In this document: positions 18,967 through 31,725 of the stretch, piece after piece
Position numbering within the stretch: the stretch's first letter is position 1
Layout of the letters: each line of letters begins with the position of its first letter
NCBI GenBank assembly: GCA_050247435.1
Contig: JBFWUF010000010.1
Location: forward strand, 65,824 to 129,823
Length of the DNA stretch: 64,000 nucleotides
Reading direction: 5' to 3'
Source: Blastocatellales bacterium
GTDB lineage: Bacteria; Acidobacteriota; Blastocatellia; RBC074
Translations under genes and position numbers: made by a program
Notes under the pieces: model-generated
Databases searched by the model: none
The model's input: the letters and a program-made list of their open reading frames with translations, nothing else
What the model was told of the DNA's origin: nothing

Positions 18967-20310
18967 ATGACTGGAGCAAAGGCCGAAAACCAGCGAATGA
19001 GCGGGCAACCCGGGAATGGGATGGCGACGAAAACGGCTCGCAGACTGTCATTGTCGAGACTCGCGCGCGTCGGGAAAAACCTGGCGCGTGCCGGCATTCG
19101 AAAAGCCAACCCGTGGCTCGTACACATCTCGCTTCAGGATCGTTTGGGTAACCTGGCGAATGTTAAATCGTCGCGCGAACACCTGGATGCGACGATCAAA
19201 TGGCTCTGTCGCGCGCAGGATCGTTACGGCGGATTCGGCGTCTCGGCTGGCTATTCGTTCCTCGACGGATGGTATCCGCCTTATCCTGAAACGACCGGGT
19301 ATCTCATTCCGACCTTCTACGATTACGCCGACCTCACCGGCAAAGAAGAATTCCGCGATCGCGCCGGCCGCATGGCCGATTGGGAGATCGAAGTTCAACT
19401 GCCTTGCGGAGGCGTGCAGGGCGGGCATTACGTAGGCTCAAACAGTGACCGGCAGCCGGTAGTCTTCAACACCGGTCAGGTGATTCTGGGGTGGCTGCGC
19501 GCCTACAGCGAAACGGCGAACGAGAAATATCTGAATGCGGCTATACGCGCCGGCGATTGGTTGCTCTCGGTTCAATCGCCGGATGGCGCTTGGCGGCTCG
19601 ACGGGCCTGTGGTCTACACGACGGTTCATGCTTACGACGCGCGGACAGCCTGGAGTTTGATCGAGATTGACGCGCTGGTGAACGGCGGGAAATACGCCGA
19701 AGCCGGGCGATGCAACCTCGACTGGACTCTGGCGCAGCAGCAGGAGAACGGCTGGTTCAGGAATAACAACTTCAATATTGAATGCCAGCCGCCAACTCAC
19801 TCCATCTCTTACGTGATGGAGGGACTGATTGAATCGGAGCGATTGACCGGTGAAGCTCGCTACCTGAACGCCGCGATCAAAACAGCAAGGAAGCTGGCGA
19901 GCCTCTTTGAAACGTGGGGCGCCATGCCCGGAGAACTGGACGGCGACTGGAACGCCGTCGGCAATTACAGTTGCCTGACTGGGAACGCGCAGATCGCGGG
20001 AGTGTGGCTTCAACTGTTTCAGAAGACCGGCGAGGAGTTTTTTCTCTACATGGCCATCAAGCTTAACAACGACGTGAAAGCGGCGCAGAGATTGCGCTCG
20101 CTGCATCCCGGAGTGCGCGGCGGCGTCAGAGGATCACTCCCGTTGCACGGGAGATATCAGCCGTACTGTTACCCCAACTGGGCGGCAAAATTCCTGGCCG
20201 ATTCACTGATGCTTGAAGAATGCACCATCAACAGCCTGAAGCAATCGGAGAAGAGTGTTGAGTGGCGCCTTCAAGCGGAAGCGGCAATGCTCCAGGCGAA
20301 TCCCGGCTGA
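18967..20310 (+). CDS. alpha/alpha-toroid protein, paralog 2 (about two-thirds identical by eye to 17663-18952)
   Basis: RBS GGAGAG precedes ATG 18967. The motif set and order match paralog 1 (KWLCRAQDRYGGFG, GDWLLSVQSPDGAW, LDWTLAQQQENGWF, LRSLHPGVRGGV). Confidence 0.6.
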   Translation: MTGAKAENQRMSGQPGNGMATKTARRLSLSRLARVGKNLARAGIRKANPWLVHISLQDRLGNLANVKSSREHLDATIKWLCRAQDRYGGFGVSAGYSFLDGWYPPYPETTGYLIPTFYDYADLTGKEEFRDRAGRMADWEIEVQLPCGGVQGGHYVGSNSDRQPVVFNTGQVILGWLRAYSETANEKYLNAAIRAGDWLLSVQSPDGAWRLDGPVVYTTVHAYDARTAWSLIEIDALVNGGKYAEAGRCNLDWTLAQQQENGWFRNNNFNIECQPPTHSISYVMEGLIESERLTGEARYLNAAIKTARKLASLFETWGAMPGELDGDWNAVGNYSCLTGNAQIAGVWLQLFQKTGEEFFLYMAIKLNNDVKAAQRLRSLHPGVRGGVRGSLPLHGRYQPYCYPNWAAKFLADSLMLEECTINSLKQSEKSVEWRLQAEAAMLQANPG

Positions 20311-20344
20311 AGCCGGCGCGGCTGGCTTTTACCAACGCGAAGTT

Positions 20345-21621
20345 ATGACAGACCTGACAAATACAATGACGAACGCGGTGGCGATCAATCCTGGCGCCCG
20401 CGCGAACGAACGCCGGACGAGCGATGTCAAAGCCGCGCCTGGCGCGCTGTCAGACGCATTGCGAGGCCGTGACCTGCTATGTTTCAGCCACGACTGGAAC
20501 GGCGACCCGCTTTCAAAAAACCATCTGATGCGCGCGCTGGCCCGCGACAACCGCGTCCTCTGGGTCAATTCAATCGGATACCGAACTCCCACCGCGTCTC
20601 GCCGTGATGTGTCGCGCGCATTCAGGAAACTGGCGGCGGCGGTTGAGCCGATCAAGGAAGTCGAGCAAAACATCTTCGTGCTCAACCCACTTGCGATTCC
20701 GGCTTACGGGCGCGCGGGCATACGCGAATTCAACCGCCACTTCCTTCGCTGGCAGGTCAAACGCGCGATGGGGCGGTTGGGATTCTCACGCGCCGTCAAC
20801 TTCATTTTTAATCCGCCGGCGGCGCTGATCGCCGGGCTGTTGGGCGAAGACAAACTGATTTATTACTGCGTTGACGAGCACCTGGCCTTCACCGGCGTCG
20901 CAGCCGATTCGCTGGCGCGGATGGAAGAGCAGTTGTGCCGCAAAGCCGATCTGGTCGTCGTTACGGCTGAGCGACTCCATGAGTCGAAAGCCAGGTTCAA
21001 CCCGCATACGCGCCTGATACGTCACGGCGTGGACTTTCAGCACTTCCGCCGCGCGCTTGATCCGTCAACCGCCGTTCCCGCGGAGATAGCCGGCCTGCCG
21101 CGCCCGGTGATCGGCTTTCACGGGCTGATCGCCGACTGGGTTGATGTCGAACTGCTCACGCACATCGCTCGAAGTTTCCCTGAAGGCTCGCTCGCGCTGG
21201 TGGGCAAAACGACGACCAATGTCTCCCGGCTTGAGCGGCTGCCGAATGTTCATCTGCTGGGGCGCAAGCCTTACGCTGAGTTGCCCGCTTACTGCAAAGG
21301 CTTCGACGTGGCGCTCAATCCGTTTCGCATGAACGAGCTGACGTTAAATTCAAATCCGCTGAAAGTGCGTGAATATCTGGCCGCCGGCCTCCAGGTCGTG
21401 TCAACGCCAGTGCCCGAAGTCGTTCGCCTGAAACATTGCCGCATCGCCAGCGGGCCTGACGAATTCGCGCGAGAGATCAAACAGTCGTTCGCCTGTCCGG
21501 GGCCGAGCCTGGCGCGCAGCGAACTGATGCGCGGCGAAAGCTGGGAAGCGAAGGTTGACGAGTTGCGACGCCACTTCGCGGAATCTGTCGAACATTGCTC
21601 AAATCTTGATAGAGGCGATTT

Positions 21622-21625
<4 letters not shown>
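20345..21625 (+). CDS. GT-B glycosyltransferase (family 1/4-like, TuaH-like architecture)
   Basis: The N-terminus DLLCFSHDWNGDPLSKNHLMRALA...VLWVNSIG and the C-terminal GRKPYAELPAYCKGFDVALNPF...PLKVREYLAAGLQVVST are typical. The start is chosen at ATG 20345 (MTDLTN). Confidence 0.7.
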
Positions 21626-23545
<1,920 letters not shown>

Positions 23546-23565
<20 letters not shown>

Positions 23566-24775
23566 AATCGAAGAAGGCGTGAAGGCCCTGACTAATTTGC
23601 GAGCGGAATGGCAAGCGCTGTTCGCCGCATCCGGCGCGGCGCCATTCCTTTCCTGGGAATGGTTGACGACCTGGCACAAATGGTTCGGGCAGGAGAAACA
23701 TCCATATCTGCTCTGCGCGCGCGAGGAAGGAAGCCTGGTCGGGCTGTTACCGTTGTGCGCCGAGAAGAGACAATCATCCCGCTTTTCGCCTCGGCTTAAG
23801 CGGATATCGTTTCTGGGCGAACTGCACGGCGCTCCCGATTACCTGGATATTTTGGCGTTACCCGGGCTTAAACGGAAAAGCGCCGACCTTTTCGTGAATA
23901 CTCTTGGGCTGTCGAATTCATTCGATCTGCTCGAGCTTGAAGGGCTATCCGCTGATTCTTATACCCTTCAATTGCTTACCAAACAATTCGCCCATAGTAA
24001 CAAGTTCAAGTACAAGATCGTCCCGCAATTCATCTGCCCACGAATGTCTCTCGACGCCGGCTGGGAAGAACTGTTGGAGCGCTCACAGCGATCAGACTAT
24101 TTCAAACGCTGCTTGCGGCGCTTGAACAAGATCGCAAGTTTCGAGTTTCGGGTGGTTTCAGATCTGAGCGAAATCCCCGCGGCCTTCGAGCGATTCCTGA
24201 AACTTCACACGGGGCGATGGATCAACCGCGGAGGATCAGCCGCGACCAGAACGCCTGAGCAAAAGGACTTCATGTTCGACGCCGCCTGCGAATTGGCGCG
24301 CGCCGGGATGGCGCGCTTTGAAGAGATCTGGCTGGAAGGCGAATGCCGCGCATCACTCTTCGGATTCGAGTCCGGAGATTGTTATTACTTTTACCTCTCT
24401 GGCTTCGATCAGGCATGGTCGAAATACAGCCTGGGCTTCACACTCCTCTGGCTGTCAATCCGCGAAGCTTCGCAGCGCGGGTTGAAGATGTATGACTTTC
24501 TGCGCGGGGATGAAAACTACAAGTTTGACTGGTCAAACGACATGCGCATGACCGTCGCGGCTCAGGTTGCGTCGGACAGCCAGGCCGCCAGGTGGCACAT
24601 AGCTCAGGCTCACACAAAAGAGGCTGCGCGCGCCCTCATCCCTGATTGGTTGAAAGCGCGGTTACGCCGGGCGCGCAGTCAATCCGCATCCTCTTTGCCC
24701 AACGTTCCTCCCATCGCATCCGAGACAATCAAAGGTCACGAAAGTAAATACGAAGAGCCTTTGCTCGTTAAGTAA
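23546..24775 (+). CDS. FemAB/CelD-like GNAT acyltransferase (Acetyltransf_6 / BioF2-like)
   Basis: LRAEWQALFAASGAAPFLSWEWLTTWHKWF is the typical N-terminus of CelD/FemAB-related proteins found in EPS loci. The C-terminal YDFLRGDENYKFDW motif is also present. Confidence 0.7.
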
Positions 24776-24824
24776 TAGCGCGGAGCCAAAATTGTCCGGT
24801 GGCTTTAGAGGTTGAATACATAAA

Positions 24825-26039
24825 ATGCAAAGCGTCGAGCCTCATTTTCTGACGAAACTGAAGTGGTCATTGCCGTGGCTCAGCCGTTATCCATTCTGGA
24901 GGGCCGAACAGGCGCTGCGATCCTTGTCTGAATCCAGCGGTGAAAACGGCGTGATGCAACACTTGATCGTCACCGTGGCAAACCACTTTGAGCCATCGTG
25001 GAAAGACGACGGATCGTTCTGGGATTTGGACACTCAGGCGCGCCGGGTCGAATCCTGGGTTAAACAGGCGCGTGCGACGGGCGGCCTGTTGCGCGATCAC
25101 GACGGAACGCCTTTTCGTCACACCTATTTTTATCCCGGCGAGCAATACCACCGCCGTTTGATCGAGATGCTCGCCGGTCTGGAAGCCGATGGTTTGGGTG
25201 AAGTGGAGATTCACCTGCATCACGGAGTCGAGAGGCCCGATACAACGGATCAGGTGCGGAGCGCGCTGGCGGAGTTTCGCGACCTGCTGGCCGAAGAGCA
25301 CAAATGCCTCTCGCGGGAAGACGGTGATCATCGCCCCCGTTACGCGTTTGTTCACGGCAACCTGGCTCTGGCCAATTCGATGGGGGGGCGTTGCTGCGGC
25401 GTGGATGACGAGATGGAAATTCTGGCGGAGACTGGATGCTACGTTGACATGACGCTGCCGTCCGCTCCTCTGGAATCCCAGGTTGCGATGATCAACGCTA
25501 TTTATCAGTGCGGCCGCCCGCTCAACGAGCGGGCGCCGCACCGAACCGGCCACTCGTTGCGCGTCGGCGCCCAATTGAAACTGCCGGTTATTCTGACCGG
25601 CCCACTGGTCTTCGATTGGAGCAGGCGCGCGCGGAGTCTGCCCAGGCCGAGACTGGACGACGGCGCGCTGACCACCAGATATCCGCCGAGCGCGGCGAGA
25701 CTAGACCGTTGGCGCAACGCGCGCATCACCGTAAGCGGGCGCCCCGATTGGGTCTTCATCAAGCTCTATTGCCACGGCTTCTTCACCGGCGATCAGGAGG
25801 CCACTATCGGGCAACCGATGCTGAGGTTTTGGTCGGAAGCCATCGAGTCCGCCGACCGCGACAGCCGATTCAAGATTCACTTCGCGACGGCGCGCGAAGC
25901 GTTCAACATCGCGATGGCGGCTGTTGATGGACGCGACGGCGACCCGCGACTGTATCGCGACTATCGCCTACGCCCAATAAGAAAATCTCTCCCCGAAAAG
26001 CAGCGCCACAAAACGGCGGCCTTCCCCCCAGGGTATTAA
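24825..26039 (+). CDS. hypothetical protein (His-rich motifs HLHHG and FVHGN; possibly a metal-dependent hydrolase or deacetylase-like fold)
   Basis: 404-aa ORF, co-directional and tightly packed in the locus. I recognised no confident family. Confidence 0.5.
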   Translation: MQSVEPHFLTKLKWSLPWLSRYPFWRAEQALRSLSESSGENGVMQHLIVTVANHFEPSWKDDGSFWDLDTQARRVESWVKQARATGGLLRDHDGTPFRHTYFYPGEQYHRRLIEMLAGLEADGLGEVEIHLHHGVERPDTTDQVRSALAEFRDLLAEEHKCLSREDGDHRPRYAFVHGNLALANSMGGRCCGVDDEMEILAETGCYVDMTLPSAPLESQVAMINAIYQCGRPLNERAPHRTGHSLRVGAQLKLPVILTGPLVFDWSRRARSLPRPRLDDGALTTRYPPSAARLDRWRNARITVSGRPDWVFIKLYCHGFFTGDQEATIGQPMLRFWSEAIESADRDSRFKIHFATAREAFNIAMAAVDGRDGDPRLYRDYRLRPIRKSLPEKQRHKTAAFPPGY

Positions 26040-26112
26040 CACCAGGTTCGCTTTGATTTTCTGTAAACGGCGACTGAATTTGTTTGGTGAGATTGAGAGA
26101 AGCAAACACGAA

Positions 26113-27603
26113 ATGTATAGCTCGAACACCGCAAAATACCAGGTAGACAACATCCCCAGCCCACGTCAACCCAACTTGACGACAGAGAATGGGATTGATC
26201 TGGCTTATCAATCCGCGGAGATGCGGCGCGTGTTGCTTGTTTCCTATTCGTTTCCGCCGAATAGGGAAATGGGCGCGTATACGTGTGCGCAAATCGCGCG
26301 ATACCTGCCAATGTACGGATGGCGCCCAATCGTGCTGACTGTCAAAGAGAAATATCTGGAAGAGCAATTTCCCAAACACGACGGTGTGGATTCGCTGGTT
26401 GAACCTGATTTCGTCGTCAGAACGGCCATGCTCCCGCACCCTTTGGATATTTACCGGCGATTCAAATCGAGTTCATTGACCGGCAAACTGTTTCGCGCCG
26501 GCAATCAACAAGCGACATCCCCAAACAACGCCGTGGGAGATAAATCCACCCTGGGCGCCAAACGCTCGGCCCGCGATCTATTACTGTCAATATTAAACCT
26601 TCCCGATGCGCACACCGGATGGCTGATACCAGCAGTTATGACCGGCCTGAGGGCCATCAAACGAACGAAGGCGCAAGCGATTTATTCGTCGGCGCCATAT
26701 TTCACCAACCATCTGGCCGGCTACGCGCTCGCGCTTCTGACGGGGTTGCCCTGGGTGGCGCATTTCCGTGACCCCTGGGTGACAGGCTCGCCTGCGGAGT
26801 ATTGCGCTAACGACCTTTATTTCAGGATCAACCGCGCGCTGGAACGAATGATTGTCGCGCGCGCCGATGCGGTGGTTTGCGTCACCGAAGAACACGCGGC
26901 ATTGATGCGCGCGGCTTACGATCAAATTCCCGCTTCCAAACTCGCCGTCGTAATGAACGGCTTCGACGGTTTGGAATGGGAAGAGGCTGGCGAGGCATTG
27001 GCCCAGAGCGCGCACTGTCAGGCCGGGAAGCCGCGAAAGTTTCGTATCACCTATACTGGAACGCTCTATATGAAACGCAACCCCGCGCCATTGTTCAGGG
27101 CGTTGCGATCTCTGGTTGACGCCGGGGAAATAGCGCGCGAAGAAGTGAGCGTCGAATTGATCGGGTGGTGCGAATCGAGCGAGGGCCGCAACGTAGCCGA
27201 CCTCGTGGTGGAAGCGGGGCTGGAGGAATGCGTCAGCATAATCGGCCCGCTCAACCACCTCGACACTTTGAGCCGGCTTTCGCAATCCGACTTGCTGCTG
27301 TTGCTGGCCGAAGGACTGGTTACACAAATTCCCGGCAAAACCTTCGAGTATTTGAAGACACACCGCCCAATTCTCGCTCTGACCTCCGAAGGCTCTCTGG
27401 CAAATCTGTTACGGCGGACTGGAGGCGGTTGGGTAATTAATCCCAGCGACCACGCCGGCATCGTCACGGCAGTCCGTGAATGTTACCGGTCCTGGAAATA
27501 CAAGCTACCTGGGCGCAAGCCCGATTCTTCCGTGGTTGAAAGTTTCGACCGCCGGAGGACGACAGGGCTAATCGCCGAGTTGCTGAACTCTTTTGCACGA
27601 TAG
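26113..27603 (+). CDS. family 4 (GT-B) glycosyltransferase with an N-terminal extension
   Basis: RRVLLVSYSFPP is a GT4-type N-terminus and LLLLAEGLVTQIPGKTFEYL the C-terminal region. The start is uncertain (TTG 26053, ATG 26113 or ATG 26221). Confidence 0.75.
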   Translation: MYSSNTAKYQVDNIPSPRQPNLTTENGIDLAYQSAEMRRVLLVSYSFPPNREMGAYTCAQIARYLPMYGWRPIVLTVKEKYLEEQFPKHDGVDSLVEPDFVVRTAMLPHPLDIYRRFKSSSLTGKLFRAGNQQATSPNNAVGDKSTLGAKRSARDLLLSILNLPDAHTGWLIPAVMTGLRAIKRTKAQAIYSSAPYFTNHLAGYALALLTGLPWVAHFRDPWVTGSPAEYCANDLYFRINRALERMIVARADAVVCVTEEHAALMRAAYDQIPASKLAVVMNGFDGLEWEEAGEALAQSAHCQAGKPRKFRITYTGTLYMKRNPAPLFRALRSLVDAGEIAREEVSVELIGWCESSEGRNVADLVVEAGLEECVSIIGPLNHLDTLSRLSQSDLLLLLAEGLVTQIPGKTFEYLKTHRPILALTSEGSLANLLRRTGGGWVINPSDHAGIVTAVRECYRSWKYKLPGRKPDSSVVESFDRRRTTGLIAELLNSFAR

Positions 27604-27716
27604 CTCCGCCCGAAGAAATCCGGCGCGCGGAATGAATGTTAACAACTCCCCTTGTCCAACCTCCCCAAATGACATTGGAAACAATGAGCAAAAATATCTC
27701 TAAGTAGGAGCCGAAC

Positions 27717-28745
27717 ATGGATATCGATGTATTTTCCACCTGCCCGCAATCAAGCCAGGAGGATAGCCAATCGTACCTGCGCCGAGTTGCCGATGTAGCC
27801 AGGTGGAGCGAAGAAGCCGGGTGCAAAGGCATTCTGGTTTACACGGATAACTCTCTGGTTGATCCCTGGCTGGTCTCGCAGGTTATTATCGAAAACACCA
27901 AAAACTTATGCCCTCTAGTCGCGGTGCAACCTGTATACATGCACCCTTACACGGCGGCTAAAATGATCGCTTCGTTCGGTTTTATCTATAACCGGAAAAT
28001 CTACCTCAACATGGTAGCTGGCGGGTTTAAAAACGACCTCACCTCGCTCGGCGACGACACGCCTCATGATAGAAGGTACGACCGCGCCATCGAATATACG
28101 CTGATCATCAAACAACTTCTTGCCGCCGACAATCCGGCCAGCTTTTCAGGCGAATTTTACCGTGTTGATAACCTGCGAATGACGCCGCGTCTGCCGCCGG
28201 AGTTATTCCCTGGCATCCTCATTTCAGGATCATCGGAAGAAGGAGTCGCGGCCGCCAGGAGGATTGGAGCCACGGCGATCAGGTATCCGAAACCTTCCAG
28301 CGAATACCTGTTCAACTCGCTCGACAGCGATTTGGATTCGGGCGTGCGCGTAGGCGTTATCGCACGCGACAACGACGATCTTGCCTGGCAAATCGCGCAC
28401 GCTCGGTTCCCCGAAGACCGCAAAGGCCAGATCACGCACCAACTCGCGATGAAAGTCTCCGACTCGGTCTGGCACAAACAACTTTCGGAGATGGGTGAAC
28501 AACACGCGGCGGGGAGAAATCCCTACTGGCTAGGCCCCTTCCAGAATTACAAGACCTTCTGCCCCTATCTGGTCGGCAGTTATCAACGTGTGGCTGAAGA
28601 GTTGTCCCGCTACATCCGCGCCGGCTATAGAACTTTCATTCTGGATATACCTCCGAACCTGGAAGAGCTAACCCACATAAATATCGTGTTCAAAGAAGCG
28701 ATAACGATGGCGTCGGCTGGAGCGACCGCGGCAACTGCTAACTAA
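27717..28745 (+). CDS. LLM-class (luciferase-like) flavin-dependent oxidoreductase or monooxygenase
   Basis: MDIDVFSTCPQS...GCKGILVYTD...LVAVQPVYMHPYTAAKMIASF...YLNMVAGG matches the SsuD/SfnG-like TIM-barrel pattern. Confidence 0.8.
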   Translation: MDIDVFSTCPQSSQEDSQSYLRRVADVARWSEEAGCKGILVYTDNSLVDPWLVSQVIIENTKNLCPLVAVQPVYMHPYTAAKMIASFGFIYNRKIYLNMVAGGFKNDLTSLGDDTPHDRRYDRAIEYTLIIKQLLAADNPASFSGEFYRVDNLRMTPRLPPELFPGILISGSSEEGVAAARRIGATAIRYPKPSSEYLFNSLDSDLDSGVRVGVIARDNDDLAWQIAHARFPEDRKGQITHQLAMKVSDSVWHKQLSEMGEQHAAGRNPYWLGPFQNYKTFCPYLVGSYQRVAEELSRYIRAGYRTFILDIPPNLEELTHINIVFKEAITMASAGATAATAN

Positions 28746-28767
28746 CTCACAATTGAAAGGTTATTCT

Positions 28768-30426
28768 ATGCTACCCGTGCTACAGGATTATGTTATAAAG
28801 CGAGCGGACAAAACGCCTGAAGCTACAGCTATTGTGGCGTCTCAAGAGCGGATAAGCTATCAACAGATCGAGAATGCTTCTAACCAGATAGCCAGAACCT
28901 TAAAGAGCGCAGGCTGTAAAAAGGGAGACAGGGTCTGTTTGCTGGCGCCTAAATCGCCTGCCGCAATCATCAACTTAATAGGGATACTGAAGGCCGATTG
29001 CGCCTACGTCCCGCTAGACCCTTCCAGCCCGGCTCCACGGCTGGCAAAAATCGTCGCGTCCTGCGAACCGCGCTGCATTCTTATCACGGAATCAGTCACA
29101 GACTTACTCGATGATTTGCTCTCGGAAATCAATCTTCCTGTTACGCCTGTCGTCGGCCTAATGGATAGGATTGGAAGCGCTGGCATCTCCGAACGGAGGA
29201 ATTTCAAGATCGGCTTCACGAATGATGATGTCGAGAATCATTCAAGCACGCATCTCGATTACCAGGCCGGCAGCGAGGACCTTGCTCATATTCTCTTCAC
29301 TTCAGGCTCCACGGGAAATCCGAAGGGAGTGATGATCAAGCATTCAAACGTTATTCATTTTGTCGAATGGGCAGTGCGCTACTTCGACATAAACTCAGAA
29401 GATCGCGTCTCCGGCCATCCCCCATTACATTTCGACCTTTCCACCTTTGACATTTATGGCTCGTTCGCAGCCGGGGCGCAACTACATCTTGTACCGGCGG
29501 AACTGAATCTGCTACCTAACAAGATGGCTGACTTCATACGTAATTCGGAATTGACGCAATGGTTCTCCGTACCTTCGGCGCTGAACTACCTGGCTAAGCT
29601 CGACGTAGTGCGGCAAAACGATTTCCCTGCTTTAAAACGCCTGTTATGGTGTGGCGAGGTGTTTCCGACCCCTGCTTTGAGGTACTGGATGCAACGGCTG
29701 CCGCACGTCAATTTCACCAATTTATATGGCCCGACGGAAGCTACCATAGCTAGCAGCTACTATACCGTCCAAAAATGCCCCGCCGCCGATAGCGACCCGG
29801 TTCCGATTGGCTTCGCCTGCGCTGGCGAAGAGTTACTTATCCTGGATGATAATTTGAAACCCGTCGCTCAAAGTGAGATCGGAAACCTATATATTCGTGG
29901 AATTGGCCTAAGTCCGGGATATTGGCGCGATCCGGAGAAGACCGATTCAGCATTCATCAGAAATCCGTTAGGCGCTTCGCCTGATGACCGCATCTATCGT
30001 ACTGGCGACCTGGCCAGGGCGGGCGACGACGGATTGGTTTACTTCCTGGGCCGAGCCGACTCTCAGATCAAGAGCCGTGGTTACCGCATCGAACTCGGTG
30101 AAATCGAAACGGCCTTGAATGCGCTCGGTCTGACCCAGGATTGCGCGGTCGTCGCCATCAATACGGAAAGATTCGAGGGCGCGATTATCTGTTGCGCTTA
30201 TGTTCCATCGCCGGGAAGAGAGGTTACTTCGATACTGCTACGCGGCATGGTTGGTAAGTCGCTGCCAGGCTACATGCTGCCGGCGCGGTGGATGTGTCTT
30301 GATCGTATGCCGCTCAATGTTAATGGAAAGTACGACCGGCGGAAGCTCAAGGAAGACTTTCTGGCCGCTGAGTTACAAGCTCAAGCTCAGCCAGTCAAAG
30401 CTTATGGAGCCTCCCTGCCTGCCTGA
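28768..30426 (+). CDS. stand-alone adenylation (ANL) enzyme, DltA/NRPS A-domain-like
   Basis: A-domain core motifs are present: LAHILFTSGSTGNPKGV, NLYGPTEATI, YRTGDLAR, GRADSQIKSRGYRIELGEIE, NGKYDRRKL. No C, T or TE domain is fused. ATG 28768 is preferred over TTG 28753. Confidence 0.9.
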   Translation: MLPVLQDYVIKRADKTPEATAIVASQERISYQQIENASNQIARTLKSAGCKKGDRVCLLAPKSPAAIINLIGILKADCAYVPLDPSSPAPRLAKIVASCEPRCILITESVTDLLDDLLSEINLPVTPVVGLMDRIGSAGISERRNFKIGFTNDDVENHSSTHLDYQAGSEDLAHILFTSGSTGNPKGVMIKHSNVIHFVEWAVRYFDINSEDRVSGHPPLHFDLSTFDIYGSFAAGAQLHLVPAELNLLPNKMADFIRNSELTQWFSVPSALNYLAKLDVVRQNDFPALKRLLWCGEVFPTPALRYWMQRLPHVNFTNLYGPTEATIASSYYTVQKCPAADSDPVPIGFACAGEELLILDDNLKPVAQSEIGNLYIRGIGLSPGYWRDPEKTDSAFIRNPLGASPDDRIYRTGDLARAGDDGLVYFLGRADSQIKSRGYRIELGEIETALNALGLTQDCAVVAINTERFEGAIICCAYVPSPGREVTSILLRGMVGKSLPGYMLPARWMCLDRMPLNVNGKYDRRKLKEDFLAAELQAQAQPVKAYGASLPA

Positions 30427-30449
30427 AGTTTCTGATTATTTGAACCGAG

Positions 30450-31385
30450 ATGAATATTCTATTGGCTGGCGAAGAATCCGCAGGCATTCAGACCCTGAAG
30501 GCTATAACCGGGACCGATCATCACGTAGTAGCGGTGATGGCATCCCCCGGCAGTAATAGACTGGGAAGCGCAACTATGTGGCAGGTAGCTGAAAACCTGG
30601 GATTGCCGGTTTGGCCTGCAAAATTAGTCAAGGATGCGGCTTTTGCGCGGCAGGTTCGCCGGGCTGAGGTGGACATACTGTTCAACGTTCATTCACTACA
30701 CATCATTAACAGTGAGGTAATCGGCGCGCCACGCATAGGTTGTTTCAACCTCCATCCGGGGCCATTACCGCGTTACGCTGGGTTGAACGCTCCGAACTGG
30801 GCAATCTTTCGAGGAGAAACATCGCACGGCGTAACCGTTCACAAGATGGAGCCTGACATTGATACAGGACATATCGTTTATCAATCGCTGTTCAATATCG
30901 GCGAGAACGACACCGCGCTAAGCGTCTCGACCAGTTGCATCAGGGAAGGAGTGGCAATGATGATCCGGCTGCTTGAGACGGCGGCGGACGCCCCTTCAGC
31001 GATTCCGCTCATCCCGCAGGACCTGTCGCGACGTGAATACTTCAAGGCCGGGGCGCCCGCATTTGACGGGCTTTTTCGGTCATTACCGGCTCGACAGTTT
31101 GTTAATTACGTTCGCGCCAGCGACTACTACCCGCTACGCGGCCCGTGGGAAAGCCCACGAGTGAAATTGGGTAATCGTGTTATTTCGATTGTTAAAGCCA
31201 GTCTTACAGGTATTCCTTCAACCGCTCCAGCGGGCGCAGTCGGAGGAATCACCGGTTCTGGAGCGCGTGTAGCCTGCATTGATGAATGGGTCAATATCAG
31301 TAAGTTGATCGTCGAAGGAAGGTACCTTAATGCTTCCGAAGCGCTCAATTCGGGAGATCAATTGGAGGATGTAACAAACGATTGA
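30450..31385 (+). CDS. formyltransferase (Fmt/ArnA-N-like, with C-terminal domain)
   Basis: CFNLHPGPLPRYAGLNAPNWAIFRGETSHGVTVHKMEPDIDTGHIV contains the Asn/His/Asp formyltransferase triad. A C-terminal beta-barrel-like domain of about 100 aa follows. Confidence 0.85.
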   Translation: MNILLAGEESAGIQTLKAITGTDHHVVAVMASPGSNRLGSATMWQVAENLGLPVWPAKLVKDAAFARQVRRAEVDILFNVHSLHIINSEVIGAPRIGCFNLHPGPLPRYAGLNAPNWAIFRGETSHGVTVHKMEPDIDTGHIVYQSLFNIGENDTALSVSTSCIREGVAMMIRLLETAADAPSAIPLIPQDLSRREYFKAGAPAFDGLFRSLPARQFVNYVRASDYYPLRGPWESPRVKLGNRVISIVKASLTGIPSTAPAGAVGGITGSGARVACIDEWVNISKLIVEGRYLNASEALNSGDQLEDVTND

Positions 31386-31448
31386 GTAACTTAACCGGCC
31401 TAATCGCCGTCACGTTATCCTCAATCCGAGCGTGATTGGAAAATTGAT

Positions 31449-31709
31449 ATGGACGAATACATGGAATTAAAAGCTAAGCTTGCGGCGATATTTACAGAGC
31501 ATCTGAATATCGAAGCGCCCACGGGCGATACTGATTTACTGGCCGCTGGAATTATAGATTCACTGGCGCTGGTCGAGTTATTGCTTCGCCTCGAACAGAA
31601 TTTCGGAGTCCAGATTTCGGTTGACGACCTGGAGCTGGACCATTTCCGCTCGCTCGACAGCATCGCCAGGTTTGTGGCTTTTCACAGCGCGGTGGAAACA
31701 TTCGCTTGA
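31449..31709 (+). CDS. acyl/peptidyl carrier protein (phosphopantetheine-binding)
   Basis: 86 aa with the GIIDSLALVELLLRLEQ motif; the DSL serine is the predicted 4'-phosphopantetheine attachment site. Confidence 0.85.
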   Translation: MDEYMELKAKLAAIFTEHLNIEAPTGDTDLLAAGIIDSLALVELLLRLEQNFGVQISVDDLELDHFRSLDSIARFVAFHSAVETFA

Positions 31710-31725
31710 AACTAAAACAGCGACT

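Noticed and set aside
17663-20310. Terpene cyclase or prenyltransferase function for the toroid paralogs
   Set aside because: The QW-like repeats suggest only the fold. I found no DxDD or DDxxD catalytic motifs, and no isoprenoid pathway genes are nearby.
28768-31709. Interpreting the adenylation enzyme plus carrier protein as part of an NRPS or siderophore cluster
   Set aside because: No condensation, thioesterase, reductase or transporter genes typical of NRPS clusters are present. The neighbours are glycan-modifying enzymes, so a glycan-tailoring role is preferred.
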